NCBI GenBank assembly: GCA_031409375.1
Contig: JANNXD010000062.1
Span: 1-38,400 of the forward strand
Direction: 5' to 3'
Length of the DNA: 38,400 bases
Source of the DNA: Gammaproteobacteria bacterium
GTDB lineage: Bacteria; Pseudomonadota; Gammaproteobacteria; Pseudomonadales; JANQJO01
In this document: positions 29,010-38,400 of the stretch, piece by piece
Layout: each line of letters begins with the position of its first letter
Numbering within the stretch: the stretch's first letter is position 1
Position numbers and translations under genes: made by a program
Notes under the pieces: generated by a model
The model's input: the letters and a program-made list of their open reading frames with translations, nothing else
Database searches by the model: none
What the model was told of the DNA's origin: nothing

Positions 29010-31616
29010 TTAAAGTACTCGCTGCTTAACCCAGTTGGTTACGGATGCCAATGCAGCAACCAGGCTTTCGATGTTTTGCTCCTGCCCCAGCTGACCACCA
29101 CCCATGGCCATTTGTGCTTTGCCACCACCTTTGCCACCCAGCTGCTGCGCAACATAACTAACCAGCTCGCCGGCATGATACTGAGGAATTAACGCATCAG
29201 CCACTGCCGCCACCAGATTAATTTTGCCTTCCTGCTCACTAGCAAGTAGCACAATCGCCAAACCTAACTTTTGCACTGACTGATCAAGCAAGATACGCAA
29301 TTGCTTAATATCAACAGCACCTGGCACCAAAACGGCCAATAACTTTATACCATTGATCTCGATTGTTTGCTCCAGCCATTGATCACGCTGCTGGCTCAAC
29401 GCCAACTGCTGCGCCGAAGCCAATTGCTTTTCTAGGTTTTTAATCTGCAGCAACAACTGTTGGCTTTTATCCAGCAGCTGCTCAGGCTTAACCTTTAATT
29501 GCTGCACCAATTGATTCAGTAATTGCGTTTGTTGCTGAGTAACATCAATAGCATCCTGTCCTGTTGCCGCTTCAATACGACGCACACCCGACGCAATACC
29601 AGTTTCCTGCAAAATTTTAAAGTACCCAATGTCGCCAGTGTGACTGACATGCGTACCGCCACAAAGCTCAACGGAAAAAGCGTTACTACCCATGGTCAGT
29701 ACCCGCACCTGCTCATGATATTTTTCCCCAAACAACGCCATCGCACCGGCTGCTTTTGCTTGCTCTATGTTCATTTGCTCAGTAGCAACATGCGTATTGT
29801 GACGAATCTGCTGATTAACCAAACTTTCAATCGCAGTCAACTGCTCAAGAGCAATCGGTGCGTCGTGAGAAAAATCAAACCGCAAACGATCTGCCGTCAC
29901 CAGCGAACCTTTTTGCTGCACATGTAGCCCAAGTAAACCACGTAATGCCGCATGCAATAAATGGGTTGCCGAGTGATTGGCTTGAATACGCGTACGATTG
30001 CTCACATCAATCATCGCTTGTACAGGATCATTGACCGCCAACGGACCAATCAACTTACCTTGATGAATCACTACATCACCATTTTTGATGGTGTCTTCAA
30101 CCACAAACACCGACTCACCTTGCGCGTTACACAATTGCCCACGATCACCAATTTGACCACCCGATTCGGCATAAAAAGGTGTTTGATTCAGTACAACCTG
30201 AGTGTCGGTCAACAACAAGACTTGCGCAGAAACTTCACTGCGGTCATAACCCAAAAACTCAGTCGCTTGGTTGATATCCAGCCGCACATAATCCTCGCTG
30301 GAAAACTGACCTTGCTCTTTGGAACGTAAACGTTGCGCGGCCATGGCGTGATCAAAACCCGCCTGATCCAATGGGATATTTTTTTCACGCAGCAAATCCA
30401 GCGTTAAATCCAGCGGAAAACCATAAGTATCATAAAGCGTGAAAGCCAGTTGACCTGACAAAGCCTCACTGGGCTTTAAATTCTGCACCGTTTTTTCTAA
30501 CAGTTTTAAACCTTGATCTAACGTTTCTAAAAACCGCAGCTCTTCGCGCAACAATGCCGCCTGCACTTGCTCGGCACGCGCTCGCAACTCAGGATATGCC
30601 TCACCCATTTGTTCAACCAATGCCGGCACACACAAATAAAAAAATGGCTCAGTTGCACCAAGCTTTCGCCCATGACGCACGGCACGACGAATGATACGGC
30701 GCAACACATATCCACGACCTTCATTCGACGGCATCACCCCATCCACAAGTAAAAAACTACAAGAACGAATATGGTCGGCGATAACTCTTAAAGACTGTTG
30801 CTGTAAATTCGAAATATTCAAAATTTGTGCAATCGCGCCAATTAATGCTTTAAACAAATCAATATCGTAGTTGTTATGGACACCTTGCATCACCGCCGCG
30901 ATACGTTCCAAGCCCATGCCGGTATCCACAGAAGGTTTTGGCAAATCAACCAATCGACCATTGGCAAACCGCTCATATTGCATAAAAACGATATTCCAAA
31001 CTTCAATAAAACGATCGCCATCAGCATCAACACTACCGGGTGGACCACCAGCGACCCCTTGGCCATGATCATAAAAAATTTCGGTACAAGGTCCACAGGG
31101 GCCGGTATCACCCATCGCCCAAAAATTATCCTTCTCATCTAACTTATAAATACGATCTGCAGGTACGCCGATCTGTTGTTGCCAGATGTCATAAGCCTGC
31201 TGATCCGTCCGAAATACCGTAACTGATAATTTGTCTTGGGGAATGGCTAAGACTTCGGTCAAAAATCGCCACGCAAATCGGATAGCGTCTTCTTTAAAGT
31301 AAGCTCCAAAGCTAAAATTACCCAGCATTTCAAAAAAGGTATGATGACGTGCGGTGTAACCAACATTATCCAGATCATTATGCTTACCACCCGCTCGCAC
31401 CACCCGCTGTGATGACACTGCACGCTGATAACTGCGACTACTTTTACCTAGAAACACATCCTTAAATTGCACCATTCCAGCATTGGTGAACAACAAAGTG
31501 GGATCATCCCCAGGCACTAGAGAGCTGCTAGACACCACTTGATGGCCTTGATCAGCAAAAAATTTTAAAAAAGCGGCACGAATTTCAGCAATGGTTTTAG
31601 CGGTTTTATGGGTCAT
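29010..31616 (-). CDS. alaS: Alanine--tRNA ligase
   Basis: AlaS N-terminus TIAEIRAAFLKFFADQGHQVVSSSSLVP; class II synthetase motifs; editing-domain HxxxH motifs (HSATHLLH); C-terminal DHHA1/GGKGGG. Start placed at the ATG aligning with MSKSTAEIR of E. coli AlaS; the ORF track extends 21 codons upstream to a non-ATG start. Confidence 0.9.
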   Translation of the reverse strand: MTHKTAKTIAEIRAAFLKFFADQGHQVVSSSSLVPGDDPTLLFTNAGMVQFKDVFLGKSSRSYQRAVSSQRVVRAGGKHNDLDNVGYTARHHTFFEMLGNFSFGAYFKEDAIRFAWRFLTEVLAIPQDKLSVTVFRTDQQAYDIWQQQIGVPADRIYKLDEKDNFWAMGDTGPCGPCTEIFYDHGQGVAGGPPGSVDADGDRFIEVWNIVFMQYERFANGRLVDLPKPSVDTGMGLERIAAVMQGVHNNYDIDLFKALIGAIAQILNISNLQQQSLRVIADHIRSCSFLLVDGVMPSNEGRGYVLRRIIRRAVRHGRKLGATEPFFYLCVPALVEQMGEAYPELRARAEQVQAALLREELRFLETLDQGLKLLEKTVQNLKPSEALSGQLAFTLYDTYGFPLDLTLDLLREKNIPLDQAGFDHAMAAQRLRSKEQGQFSSEDYVRLDINQATEFLGYDRSEVSAQVLLLTDTQVVLNQTPFYAESGGQIGDRGQLCNAQGESVFVVEDTIKNGDVVIHQGKLIGPLAVNDPVQAMIDVSNRTRIQANHSATHLLHAALRGLLGLHVQQKGSLVTADRLRFDFSHDAPIALEQLTAIESLVNQQIRHNTHVATEQMNIEQAKAAGAMALFGEKYHEQVRVLTMGSNAFSVELCGGTHVSHTGDIGYFKILQETGIASGVRRIEAATGQDAIDVTQQQTQLLNQLVQQLKVKPEQLLDKSQQLLLQIKNLEKQLASAQQLALSQQRDQWLEQTIEINGIKLLAVLVPGAVDIKQLRILLDQSVQKLGLAIVLLASEQEGKINLVAAVADALIPQYHAGELVSYVAQQLGGKGGGKAQMAMGGGQLGQEQNIESLVAALASVTNWVKQRVL

Positions 31617-31930
31617 AACAATCTCATGGGTCATAAAAATTTTATCGGGCAAGGCGACGACATCCGCCGAAAAAGCCAACTCAAACAGCAGGCGTAAAAA
31701 GTCTGTATTCTAAAGGAGTGTTTTTTTTTAAACAAATATCATTGATTGCTCATTTAAACCCATCACTTGCACATCATCACTTGCACATCAACCATGAAAA
31801 ACAGGCTACTTAAATAAATACCACAAGTCGTTACCAAGCTTTACAGAACCGAAGCGTACTTTTCGTTAGCCTAGCAACATCAGTTTTAAAACCATACTTT
31901 GGTCGCATAGCCGCATATTAAGGACGAGCA

Positions 31931-32491
31931 ATGAGCGTAGGCAGCATCAGCCAATTTTCAAATTCTTCACCGCTTCTTTTTAACGCTCAAAATATGCAGA
32001 GCTTAGCCGCCAATAGCGCACCGGCTATATCAACAAGAATCAAAGAACTGAACGACAATAAAATGATTAATAGGGCCGCCCTGAATAATGTGGGAAGTTC
32101 AGCCAAGGGTACTACCGAAACCAATTCTCAAAGAAAGACGCTGCAAGCGTACGCCTCACCCAGCCGCACAGGGCGCTCACGCATTAATCCGTATGACGAC
32201 ACACCCACCATTGAACCCGATTTACCTCACTCACCAGAGAACGACGACAGACCACGCAACCCTTATAACCCCAATCCTTTTTATGCTGCCTCTGAAAAAA
32301 ACAAACAGCTGAGCGCCGGACCTGCACGTCTCAACCTGCATCAGTTAAAAAAAACCCGTCAATTGACTCAATCTGATGGTCAAAAAAAACCGTTGATTTT
32401 TGGGACCCATTTTTCGCCCGGGCAACATGTTCGTGAAATGTTGCGCTGCTTAGCATTGATGGTCGAACCGATTAGAGCACCAAGCTATTAA
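31931..32491 (+). CDS. Hypothetical low-complexity (Pro/Asn/Ser-rich) protein
   Basis: 186-aa ORF, predicted disordered, with no recognisable domain. It contains two A8 runs in frame. It occupies the alaS-hda intergenic position of the otherwise conserved backbone. Confidence 0.4.
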   Translation: MSVGSISQFSNSSPLLFNAQNMQSLAANSAPAISTRIKELNDNKMINRAALNNVGSSAKGTTETNSQRKTLQAYASPSRTGRSRINPYDDTPTIEPDLPHSPENDDRPRNPYNPNPFYAASEKNKQLSAGPARLNLHQLKKTRQLTQSDGQKKPLIFGTHFSPGQHVREMLRCLALMVEPIRAPSY

Positions 32492-32519
32492 CATCCCGGC
32501 TACCAAAACGAAGAAAAGC

Positions 32520-33239
32520 TTACCAGCCAAATAAATTTTTAATAAAAGGCAGAGTAGGCCTACGTTTAGCGGCTAACGAAGCTTGATCAATTTTATCCAG
32601 TAGTAACATGATCTCTGCAAAACTACGCTGACCATGATTTAAAATATAAAGACAAACTTCGTCAGACAATAGCAAACCACGCAACTCTGCTCGATGCTGC
32701 AAAGCATATTGCTTCTCTACATCATCCAAAGACTGTAAACGATAAGCTTCAGCGGCACGTAAACGCGACAATAAATCGGCCAAACTGATATGAACAGCAT
32801 GGGGTGAAGCCTGTGCGGCAAATATTAGCTTAATCTTACGTTGTTGGCAGTGGTTATAAAGCTGGCAATGATTATAAAAATGAAACAGCCGCTCTTCAGC
32901 AAGGGCATTACCGTTCAAGCCATCCAAATCATCAATCATGATCAAATCAAACACTCTTGAATCAAACAATAGGGACGCTTCTGACAACCCAAGTGCCGCT
33001 GTGTAATGCGTAGCCATCCCTTGTTGCCGAGCAACCTGCGTAAATGCAGACAACAAATGCGTTTTACCACTAGCGGAAGGCCCCCAGATATATAGGAAAT
33101 CCGGTGAATCTTGTAACAAAAACTGCTGCAATCGTGTCAATAGCTGTTGATTTCGACCCACATAAAAATGTGATAAAGCGTGTTCAACACCAAAAGAAAA
33201 GGCAACCGGCACTTGGCATAACTCAGTCACTCTCATCAC
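32520..33239 (-). CDS. hda: DnaA regulatory inactivator Hda
   Basis: DnaA-like AAA+ core with Walker A GPSASGKTHLL and box VII-like region; 239 aa; conserved hda-permease-purMN neighbourhood. Confidence 0.8.
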   Translation of the reverse strand: MMRVTELCQVPVAFSFGVEHALSHFYVGRNQQLLTRLQQFLLQDSPDFLYIWGPSASGKTHLLSAFTQVARQQGMATHYTAALGLSEASLLFDSRVFDLIMIDDLDGLNGNALAEERLFHFYNHCQLYNHCQQRKIKLIFAAQASPHAVHISLADLLSRLRAAEAYRLQSLDDVEKQYALQHRAELRGLLLSDEVCLYILNHGQRSFAEIMLLLDKIDQASLAAKRRPTLPFIKNLFGW

Positions 33240-34360
33240 TCAATTGAATCACGATGACTAGTCGTCTCTGTCATACCGCCTTCATACATTTCGCTATGTA
33301 AATACCAGCGATAAGCTTGACGCAAAATCACCAAGATCACAGCAGCAACTGGCAGGGCCAATAACATACCAACAAAACCAAATAACTGCGCACCAGCGAG
33401 TACCGCAAAAATAACCGCGACTGGATGCAGGCCAATACGATCTCCCACCAACATAGGCGTAAACAAACTACCCTCTAACATCTGACCCACCACAAAAACC
33501 AACACCACTAATCCTGGATGCAGCCAATCTTTAAACTCAACGGCAGCTGTGATGAGCGCAGCGATAATACCGAGAATAAATCCCAGATAAGGCACGATAC
33601 TCGCGAGGCCAGCCAGTATACCGATCAAAAAAGCAAACGGAATACCAATTAACCACAAACCAAGGCTATACACCAAACCCAAAGCACACATCACCAATAA
33701 TTGCCCACGTAAAAATGCCGCGAGAACTTCATTACAGTCATGTGCCAATTGCATAATGGTGGGCTCGATAGCGCGTGGTATGAGTTTATGCAAACTGGCC
33801 AACATCACATGCCAATCTTTTAACAGGTAAAAAGTAACGACCGGGATCAATGCCAGATTTCCGAGCACACCCAACACCTTCAAACTTGAATTCGTAACCT
33901 GCAAAAACACTTGTCCAGCAACATTACCAATGCTGCCCCAGCTACCGGTTGTCGTTGTCGCCATTTTCAACGATTTAAGATCAATACGGCTCAAGTTAAT
34001 ACCAGTGCGTTTCTGTATAAATGGCAACGCCACCTGCTGTACCCACTCAATCATATCGGGGACCTTGCTAATCATCATTTCAATCTGCTGTACCAGCAAA
34101 GGTAATGTGATGATCAACGTCATCACGGCTAAGGCTGACAACAAACAAAACACCACCGCCACTGCCCAAGTGCGATAAACACCATGCCGCTGTAAACGCA
34201 TTACCAAAGGATTACCTAAATACGCAAAAACAGCCCCGACTAAAAAGGGCGGCAACATAGGCTTGAGTAAATAGATTAAACCAACCAACAAGGCCAAAAG
34301 CACCAACCATTTGACCGAATTAGAGTGTTGCCAGGTTGGCTGCGACAAAGAATTATTCAT
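33236..34360 (-). CDS. AI-2E family transporter (PerM-like permease)
   Basis: About 8 predicted TM helices and typical AI-2E layout. Start moved to the ATG at 34360, since the upstream track start overlaps the preceding gene by ~200 nt. That ATG overlaps the upstream gene's TAA as TAATG, indicating translational coupling. The stop overlaps the hda start by 4 nt. Confidence 0.8.
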   Translation of the reverse strand: MNNSLSQPTWQHSNSVKWLVLLALLVGLIYLLKPMLPPFLVGAVFAYLGNPLVMRLQRHGVYRTWAVAVVFCLLSALAVMTLIITLPLLVQQIEMMISKVPDMIEWVQQVALPFIQKRTGINLSRIDLKSLKMATTTTGSWGSIGNVAGQVFLQVTNSSLKVLGVLGNLALIPVVTFYLLKDWHVMLASLHKLIPRAIEPTIMQLAHDCNEVLAAFLRGQLLVMCALGLVYSLGLWLIGIPFAFLIGILAGLASIVPYLGFILGIIAALITAAVEFKDWLHPGLVVLVFVVGQMLEGSLFTPMLVGDRIGLHPVAVIFAVLAGAQLFGFVGMLLALPVAAVILVILRQAYRWYLHSEMYEGGMTETTSHRDSIE

Positions 34361-35535
34361 TAATTCGTCCACCGATAAGATAAACCGCTGGCCTGCGTTG
34401 ACACTGCAGACGAAGCAGCCGATAACGAAGCGTCGAGCAGTTGTAATCGACCATCCTCCGCAAAACGCTGCGACAGATTCGTAGCCGGTACCGCTGTGCG
34501 CAACCGATAAGTCGCCTGCTGAGTGGTGATTTTTTGCAATTGCGCATCTTCTATCCAAGATAAGCTGCTTAAATACGTTTCTAACGCCTGCTGTGCACTA
34601 AAGCTTGTCAATTGCGTCACGCTGATCGCTAACCATTGCGACTGACCCTGTGGTTGACCAATGGGCGTGTCGACTTGTTTCATCGTTAGTAATTGCTGAT
34701 CGATAACTGTCATCGCTTGTTCCAATAATTTTTCTAGACTGGGTTTTTTGCCTTCGAACCAATAAGAGCGACCACTTATCACCAACATCCAATGCCCTTC
34801 CCATTGCACATCAACGGTTGGTTTCACCGAACCAATTACCAAACCATCATGGGGATAGCGCTGCGACGCTTTTTGGATGGGCTCCAATAAAAAACCAAAA
34901 ACATCTCGTGGCTGAACTAAACGTTCGTCACGAGGATCCATTAATGGCAAAAACATGGATAACGAATGCGCTGTCGATGCTGCTGCAAGCGCTTCGGCAA
35001 AAGGTTTGGTGGTTGCAGTACTCCATACGGCTTTCGGATCGCCAATCAGCTGTCGATGAGCGCCACTTTCCAGCGCCCACCAATGTAACAACTTGATACC
35101 CTGGGCTTCTACCACAAGCGCTTGAGTTTGCTGCAAACGCAGCATGATGGCATCACCTTCGTAATGCAGCACCAATAGCGCGGCCCCTAAAGCTGGATCC
35201 ACCGGTGACTCATAACGATAATCACGCAAAGAATCCATAGGCTGCTTCAACAAAGCACGTTCACCCTGCTCATTAAATGATTGACCACTGCTGCGAAAAC
35301 GGGCTATCACTTGTTTTAAGCCTTCTAATACCAAGGCAGGATCCACTTCTGCAGTACGTGCTGCCACTGGCAGACGTGCCGTAAAAGCATCTTCAGAATT
35401 AATAGCTTCAGCACCGATAGACTCGGCACACACTTCAGCATGGACAAAAACCACCAAGCATAAGCACGTCATTAGCACCAAAGTGCAGAAGCGCTCTCCA
35501 ATTTGCGCCACATTTAATCTTAATACCCGCAACAT
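34360..35535 (-). CDS. DUF2066-like periplasmic protein (conserved hypothetical upstream of AI-2E permease/hda)
   Basis: N-terminal signal/TM segment; 391 aa; conserved position in Pseudomonas-like gene order. Family name recalled from synteny, not from a motif. Confidence 0.5.
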   Translation of the reverse strand: MLRVLRLNVAQIGERFCTLVLMTCLCLVVFVHAEVCAESIGAEAINSEDAFTARLPVAARTAEVDPALVLEGLKQVIARFRSSGQSFNEQGERALLKQPMDSLRDYRYESPVDPALGAALLVLHYEGDAIMLRLQQTQALVVEAQGIKLLHWWALESGAHRQLIGDPKAVWSTATTKPFAEALAAASTAHSLSMFLPLMDPRDERLVQPRDVFGFLLEPIQKASQRYPHDGLVIGSVKPTVDVQWEGHWMLVISGRSYWFEGKKPSLEKLLEQAMTVIDQQLLTMKQVDTPIGQPQGQSQWLAISVTQLTSFSAQQALETYLSSLSWIEDAQLQKITTQQATYRLRTAVPATNLSQRFAEDGRLQLLDASLSAASSAVSTQASGLSYRWTN

Positions 35536-35656
35536 TTTTACCTGCTCCTAAGCTCAGCTGACTAAATTCTCACAACGCATCACCCACACGGCCTACCGTT
35601 ATTGACTGCTTGCCAGTATAATCAAGAACCCTTATGGATCAACTTGATAATCCAAC

Positions 35657-36715
35657 ATGACGCATTCAAATTCTTTAACTTACGCACAAAGCGGTGTCAA
35701 TATTGACGCTGGTAACGCCCTAACACAACGCATTAAACGCATCGCCAAACGCTGCACGCGCCCTGAGGTACTCAGTGATATCGGCGGCTTCGGGGCTTTA
35801 TGTGGCCTACCCCAAAAGTATCGCGAACCTATCTTGGTCTCGGGAACCGACGGCGTTGGCACCAAGCTGAAGCTGGCGATAGATCTGCAGAATTTTAATA
35901 CTATCGGTATTGATCTGGTTGCCATGTGTGTTAATGACATCATTGTTGTCGGTGCTGAACCATTATTTTTTCTCGATTATTTTGCCACCGGCAAACTCGA
36001 TGTTGATCAAGCAGAATGCATCATCAGCGGTATTGCCGATGGTTGCGCACAAGCGAACTGTGCATTGATTGGTGGTGAAACGGCAGAAATGCCCGGCTTA
36101 TATCAAGCGGACGATTTTGATTTGGCAGGCTTTTGCGTCGGCGTCGTCGAAAAATCACACATCATTCGCGCCGATGCCGTGCAAATTGGCGATCAACTGA
36201 TTGCACTGGCCTCCAGCGGTGTGCATTCTAATGGCTATTCATTGGTGCGTAAAATTTTAACTGATCGCAACATTGACCTGCACAGCCACCCGCTACATGC
36301 TGAACAAACCATCGGTCAACAACTGCTCACGCCGACACGCATTTATGTCAACAGCATTCAAAAGCTAATTCAGCATCTGCATCAACTAGGCAGCAACGTC
36401 CATGGTATCAGCCATATCACCGGCGGTGGTATTTTAGAAAATCTACCGCGCTGCTTGCCTGACTCCGCGTGCGCCGAGGTCAATCTTAACAGCTGGCAAC
36501 AACCGGATTTATTTAACTGGCTGCAAGGTCTTGGCCCCATTGATCACAATGAGATGTTACGCACCTTTAATTGTGGCGTAGGCATGGTGATCTGCGTCAG
36601 TGCCAAAGACACCGAAACCGCATTAGAAAATTTACGCGCCAGTGGCGAAACGGCATGGCACCTCGGCCAAGTTAGCGCACGTCAAGACGAAACCATTCGT
36701 TTTGTTCGCAGTTAA
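35657..36715 (+). CDS. purM: Phosphoribosylformylglycinamidine cyclo-ligase (AIR synthetase)
   Basis: Canonical PurM motifs: [44 protein letters not shown]; 352 aa. Confidence 0.9.
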   Translation: MTHSNSLTYAQSGVNIDAGNALTQRIKRIAKRCTRPEVLSDIGGFGALCGLPQKYREPILVSGTDGVGTKLKLAIDLQNFNTIGIDLVAMCVNDIIVVGAEPLFFLDYFATGKLDVDQAECIISGIADGCAQANCALIGGETAEMPGLYQADDFDLAGFCVGVVEKSHIIRADAVQIGDQLIALASSGVHSNGYSLVRKILTDRNIDLHSHPLHAEQTIGQQLLTPTRIYVNSIQKLIQHLHQLGSNVHGISHITGGGILENLPRCLPDSACAEVNLNSWQQPDLFNWLQGLGPIDHNEMLRTFNCGVGMVICVSAKDTETALENLRASGETAWHLGQVSARQDETIRFVRS

Positions 36716-36740
36716 CCGATCCCAGATGAACAATAACTGA

Positions 36741-37439
36741 ATGGCACACGCACGCAAAGCTCGACTGGCGGTATTAATTTCGGGTCACGGTTCTAATCTG
36801 CAAGCTTTAAGTGATCATATCCAAGCGTGTCGCCTACCCGCCGAGATAACCTTGGTGATCAGCAATCGCGCCGACGCGCATGGCTTGCAACGAGCAGCAG
36901 ACGCCAACCTTACGCATCTGTTCTTGCCGTCGCAAGGCATATCCCGCGAAGCTTACGATCAAATACTAATGAACACCCTGAGTTATTATCAACCAGACTG
37001 GATCATTCTTGCTGGATTTATGCGGATCCTAACGGCTGAATTTATCCGTGCATTTGCGGGGCGAATTATTAATATTCACCCCTCCCTACTACCGGCTTAT
37101 AAAGGGTTACACACACATCAACGCGTACTCACAGACCAACAAATCGAGCATGGGTGCAGTGTGCATATCGTCACTGCCGAGCTTGACAATGGCCCATTGC
37201 TGGCACAAGCGAAACTCGACATCACTTATCCCATTACTGAAAGCACATTGGCAGCTCAGGTTCATGATTTAGAGCATCAGCTCTACCCACTGACCTTGTT
37301 TGGGTTATGCTCCAAGCAGTGCTATGATTCTCAAAGCCAAAGTTGGCGGCCTGCAGACAATTACCAACAGGCAATTTTTGCGCAACCACTCACCGCCCTT
37401 CAACTGAAGCAAGTATTTCAAACATGGGTAAATTGCTAA
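36741..37439 (+). CDS. purN: Phosphoribosylglycinamide formyltransferase
   Basis: LAVLISGHGSNLQAL; catalytic region IINIHPSLLPAYKGLHTHQRVL with the N...H...D triad context; lies directly after purM. Confidence 0.85.
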   Translation: MAHARKARLAVLISGHGSNLQALSDHIQACRLPAEITLVISNRADAHGLQRAADANLTHLFLPSQGISREAYDQILMNTLSYYQPDWIILAGFMRILTAEFIRAFAGRIINIHPSLLPAYKGLHTHQRVLTDQQIEHGCSVHIVTAELDNGPLLAQAKLDITYPITESTLAAQVHDLEHQLYPLTLFGLCSKQCYDSQSQSWRPADNYQQAIFAQPLTALQLKQVFQTWVNC

Positions 37440-38212
37440 CGGCATTATTGCTTGGCCTGAGCTTCAGCTCTCTGCAATTCAATTCCGTGCAGTTCAATAC
37501 CCTACAGGCAGCAGATGATGTTGCAGTGAACGCAATCATAAAAAAAAAGAGCACGACTTCCTCACCCAACGCCCAACAACATGCACAGATGCAACCTTAT
37601 CGTGCCCAATACAACTTACGCTCCAGTAAAATGCCACTGACCGCGAACGCCATCCACACCTTAAAAAGGTTGCCCGATGGCAAGGCCCAGCTCAACACAC
37701 AAGCACGTGCGTTATTTAGCGAACTCACTGAAACGGCTATTATTAAATGGCAAAACTGCGATAGCCAATCCATCACTTATGATTATGCTCGCCAAGTTTT
37801 CAATAAAATCATCAACTACCAACAAGTCTTCGACTTACATCAAGCGCGTTATCTGCGAGACGGTAAAGCGATCACGATTCCACTGCAAACAGCACCACCA
37901 ATAGATGACAAACTGCTATCTCAACTCAAATTACGCTGCCACGTCAAAGCGGGTGAAAAAAAATTCAGCCTTTTAATGCTGGATAAAGATCAAATCAAAA
38001 CCCAGAACTTTCAAGTTATTGGCCGCGAAAACCTACGCCCACCGATTGGCGATGTGCAAACCATTAAAGTGGAGCGCTTACGAGAACCTGCCAGTAAACG
38101 TACCACCACCATCTGGTTAGCACCACAGTGGGATTATGTCGTGGTCAAAGCTATTCAAGAAGTTGACCATGAAGTAGTGACTTTAGAGTTAACCGCCTTG
38201 GAATTTTTATAA
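37424..38212 (+). CDS. DUF3108 domain exported protein
   Basis: Signal peptide MGKLLTALLLGLSFSSLQ. It occupies the conserved position after purN, as in Pseudomonas. Start set at the signal-peptide Met rather than the track's upstream start, which lies inside purN. Confidence 0.55.
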   Translation: MGKLLTALLLGLSFSSLQFNSVQFNTLQAADDVAVNAIIKKKSTTSSPNAQQHAQMQPYRAQYNLRSSKMPLTANAIHTLKRLPDGKAQLNTQARALFSELTETAIIKWQNCDSQSITYDYARQVFNKIINYQQVFDLHQARYLRDGKAITIPLQTAPPIDDKLLSQLKLRCHVKAGEKKFSLLMLDKDQIKTQNFQVIGRENLRPPIGDVQTIKVERLREPASKRTTTIWLAPQWDYVVVKAIQEVDHEVVTLELTALEFL

Positions 38213-38400
38213 TCATTCAGGACGCAAAACAAAATAGTACTCACAACCAACTAAACAGTCAGGGCTCCCTAGCACTTTTTAACCAAATAGCGCCTTTTCA
38301 CGAAAAGAGTCCTCAATAGAACAAGCCATCCTTCTACTTTTAAGGGATTTAAGCCGTTTTTCAGGAACTGGCAACTGCTTAAGCAAATTCATACAGAAGC

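Noticed and set aside
31614-31640. Duplicated ATGACCCAT (Met-Thr-His) at the alaS 5' end, suggesting alternative starts
   Set aside because: A 9-nt duplication giving two in-frame ATGs 18 nt apart. It is too small to interpret and is only relevant to exact start-site choice.
1-38400. CRISPR arrays, rRNA genes, IS elements or transposases
   Set aside because: No regularly spaced direct repeats with unique spacers, no rRNA-like conserved segments, and no transposase or DDE motifs or terminal inverted repeats were seen.

Overview
This 38.4 kb window looks like gammaproteobacterial chromosome at roughly mid-40s % GC. Positions ~24.7-38.4 kb are a conserved housekeeping backbone: ETF-ubiquinone oxidoreductase, then tRNA-Arg and tRNA-Ser, csrA, lysC, alaS, hda, an AI-2E permease, a DUF2066 protein, purM, purN and a DUF3108 protein. 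Positions ~8.5-24.5 kb carry accessory signalling and hypothetical genes. These are a hybrid histidine kinase, ttcA, an HD-GYP protein, a YiaD-like OmpA lipoprotein, DUF1289, an HDOD protein, a standalone CheB methylesterase and an alpha/beta hydrolase. A low-GC hypothetical gene in this block is split by a frameshift at a T6 run, and a 1472-aa SNF2 ATPase carries a ~900-aa uncharacterised N-terminal extension. The most interesting part is a five-gene minus-strand cassette at ~3.3-8.3 kb. Reading from the promoter end, it encodes a DUF2726 restriction-endonuclease-fold membrane protein, a minimal Hanks-type Ser/Thr kinase, a vWA (TerY-like) protein, a PP2C phosphatase, and a 638-aa atypical kinase with a C-terminal tandem helix-hairpin-helix. 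The last three genes match the architecture of the TerY-P triad and of E. coli yegL-yegK(pphC)-yegI. The extra kinase and the DUF2726 nuclease-fold protein make this a candidate, functionally undescribed, phospho-signalling conflict or defence module. Next to it lie a convergent flotillin-family gene and an unexplained ~1 kb non-coding, hairpin-rich gap. No CRISPR array, rRNA or recognisable IS element or transposase was seen.
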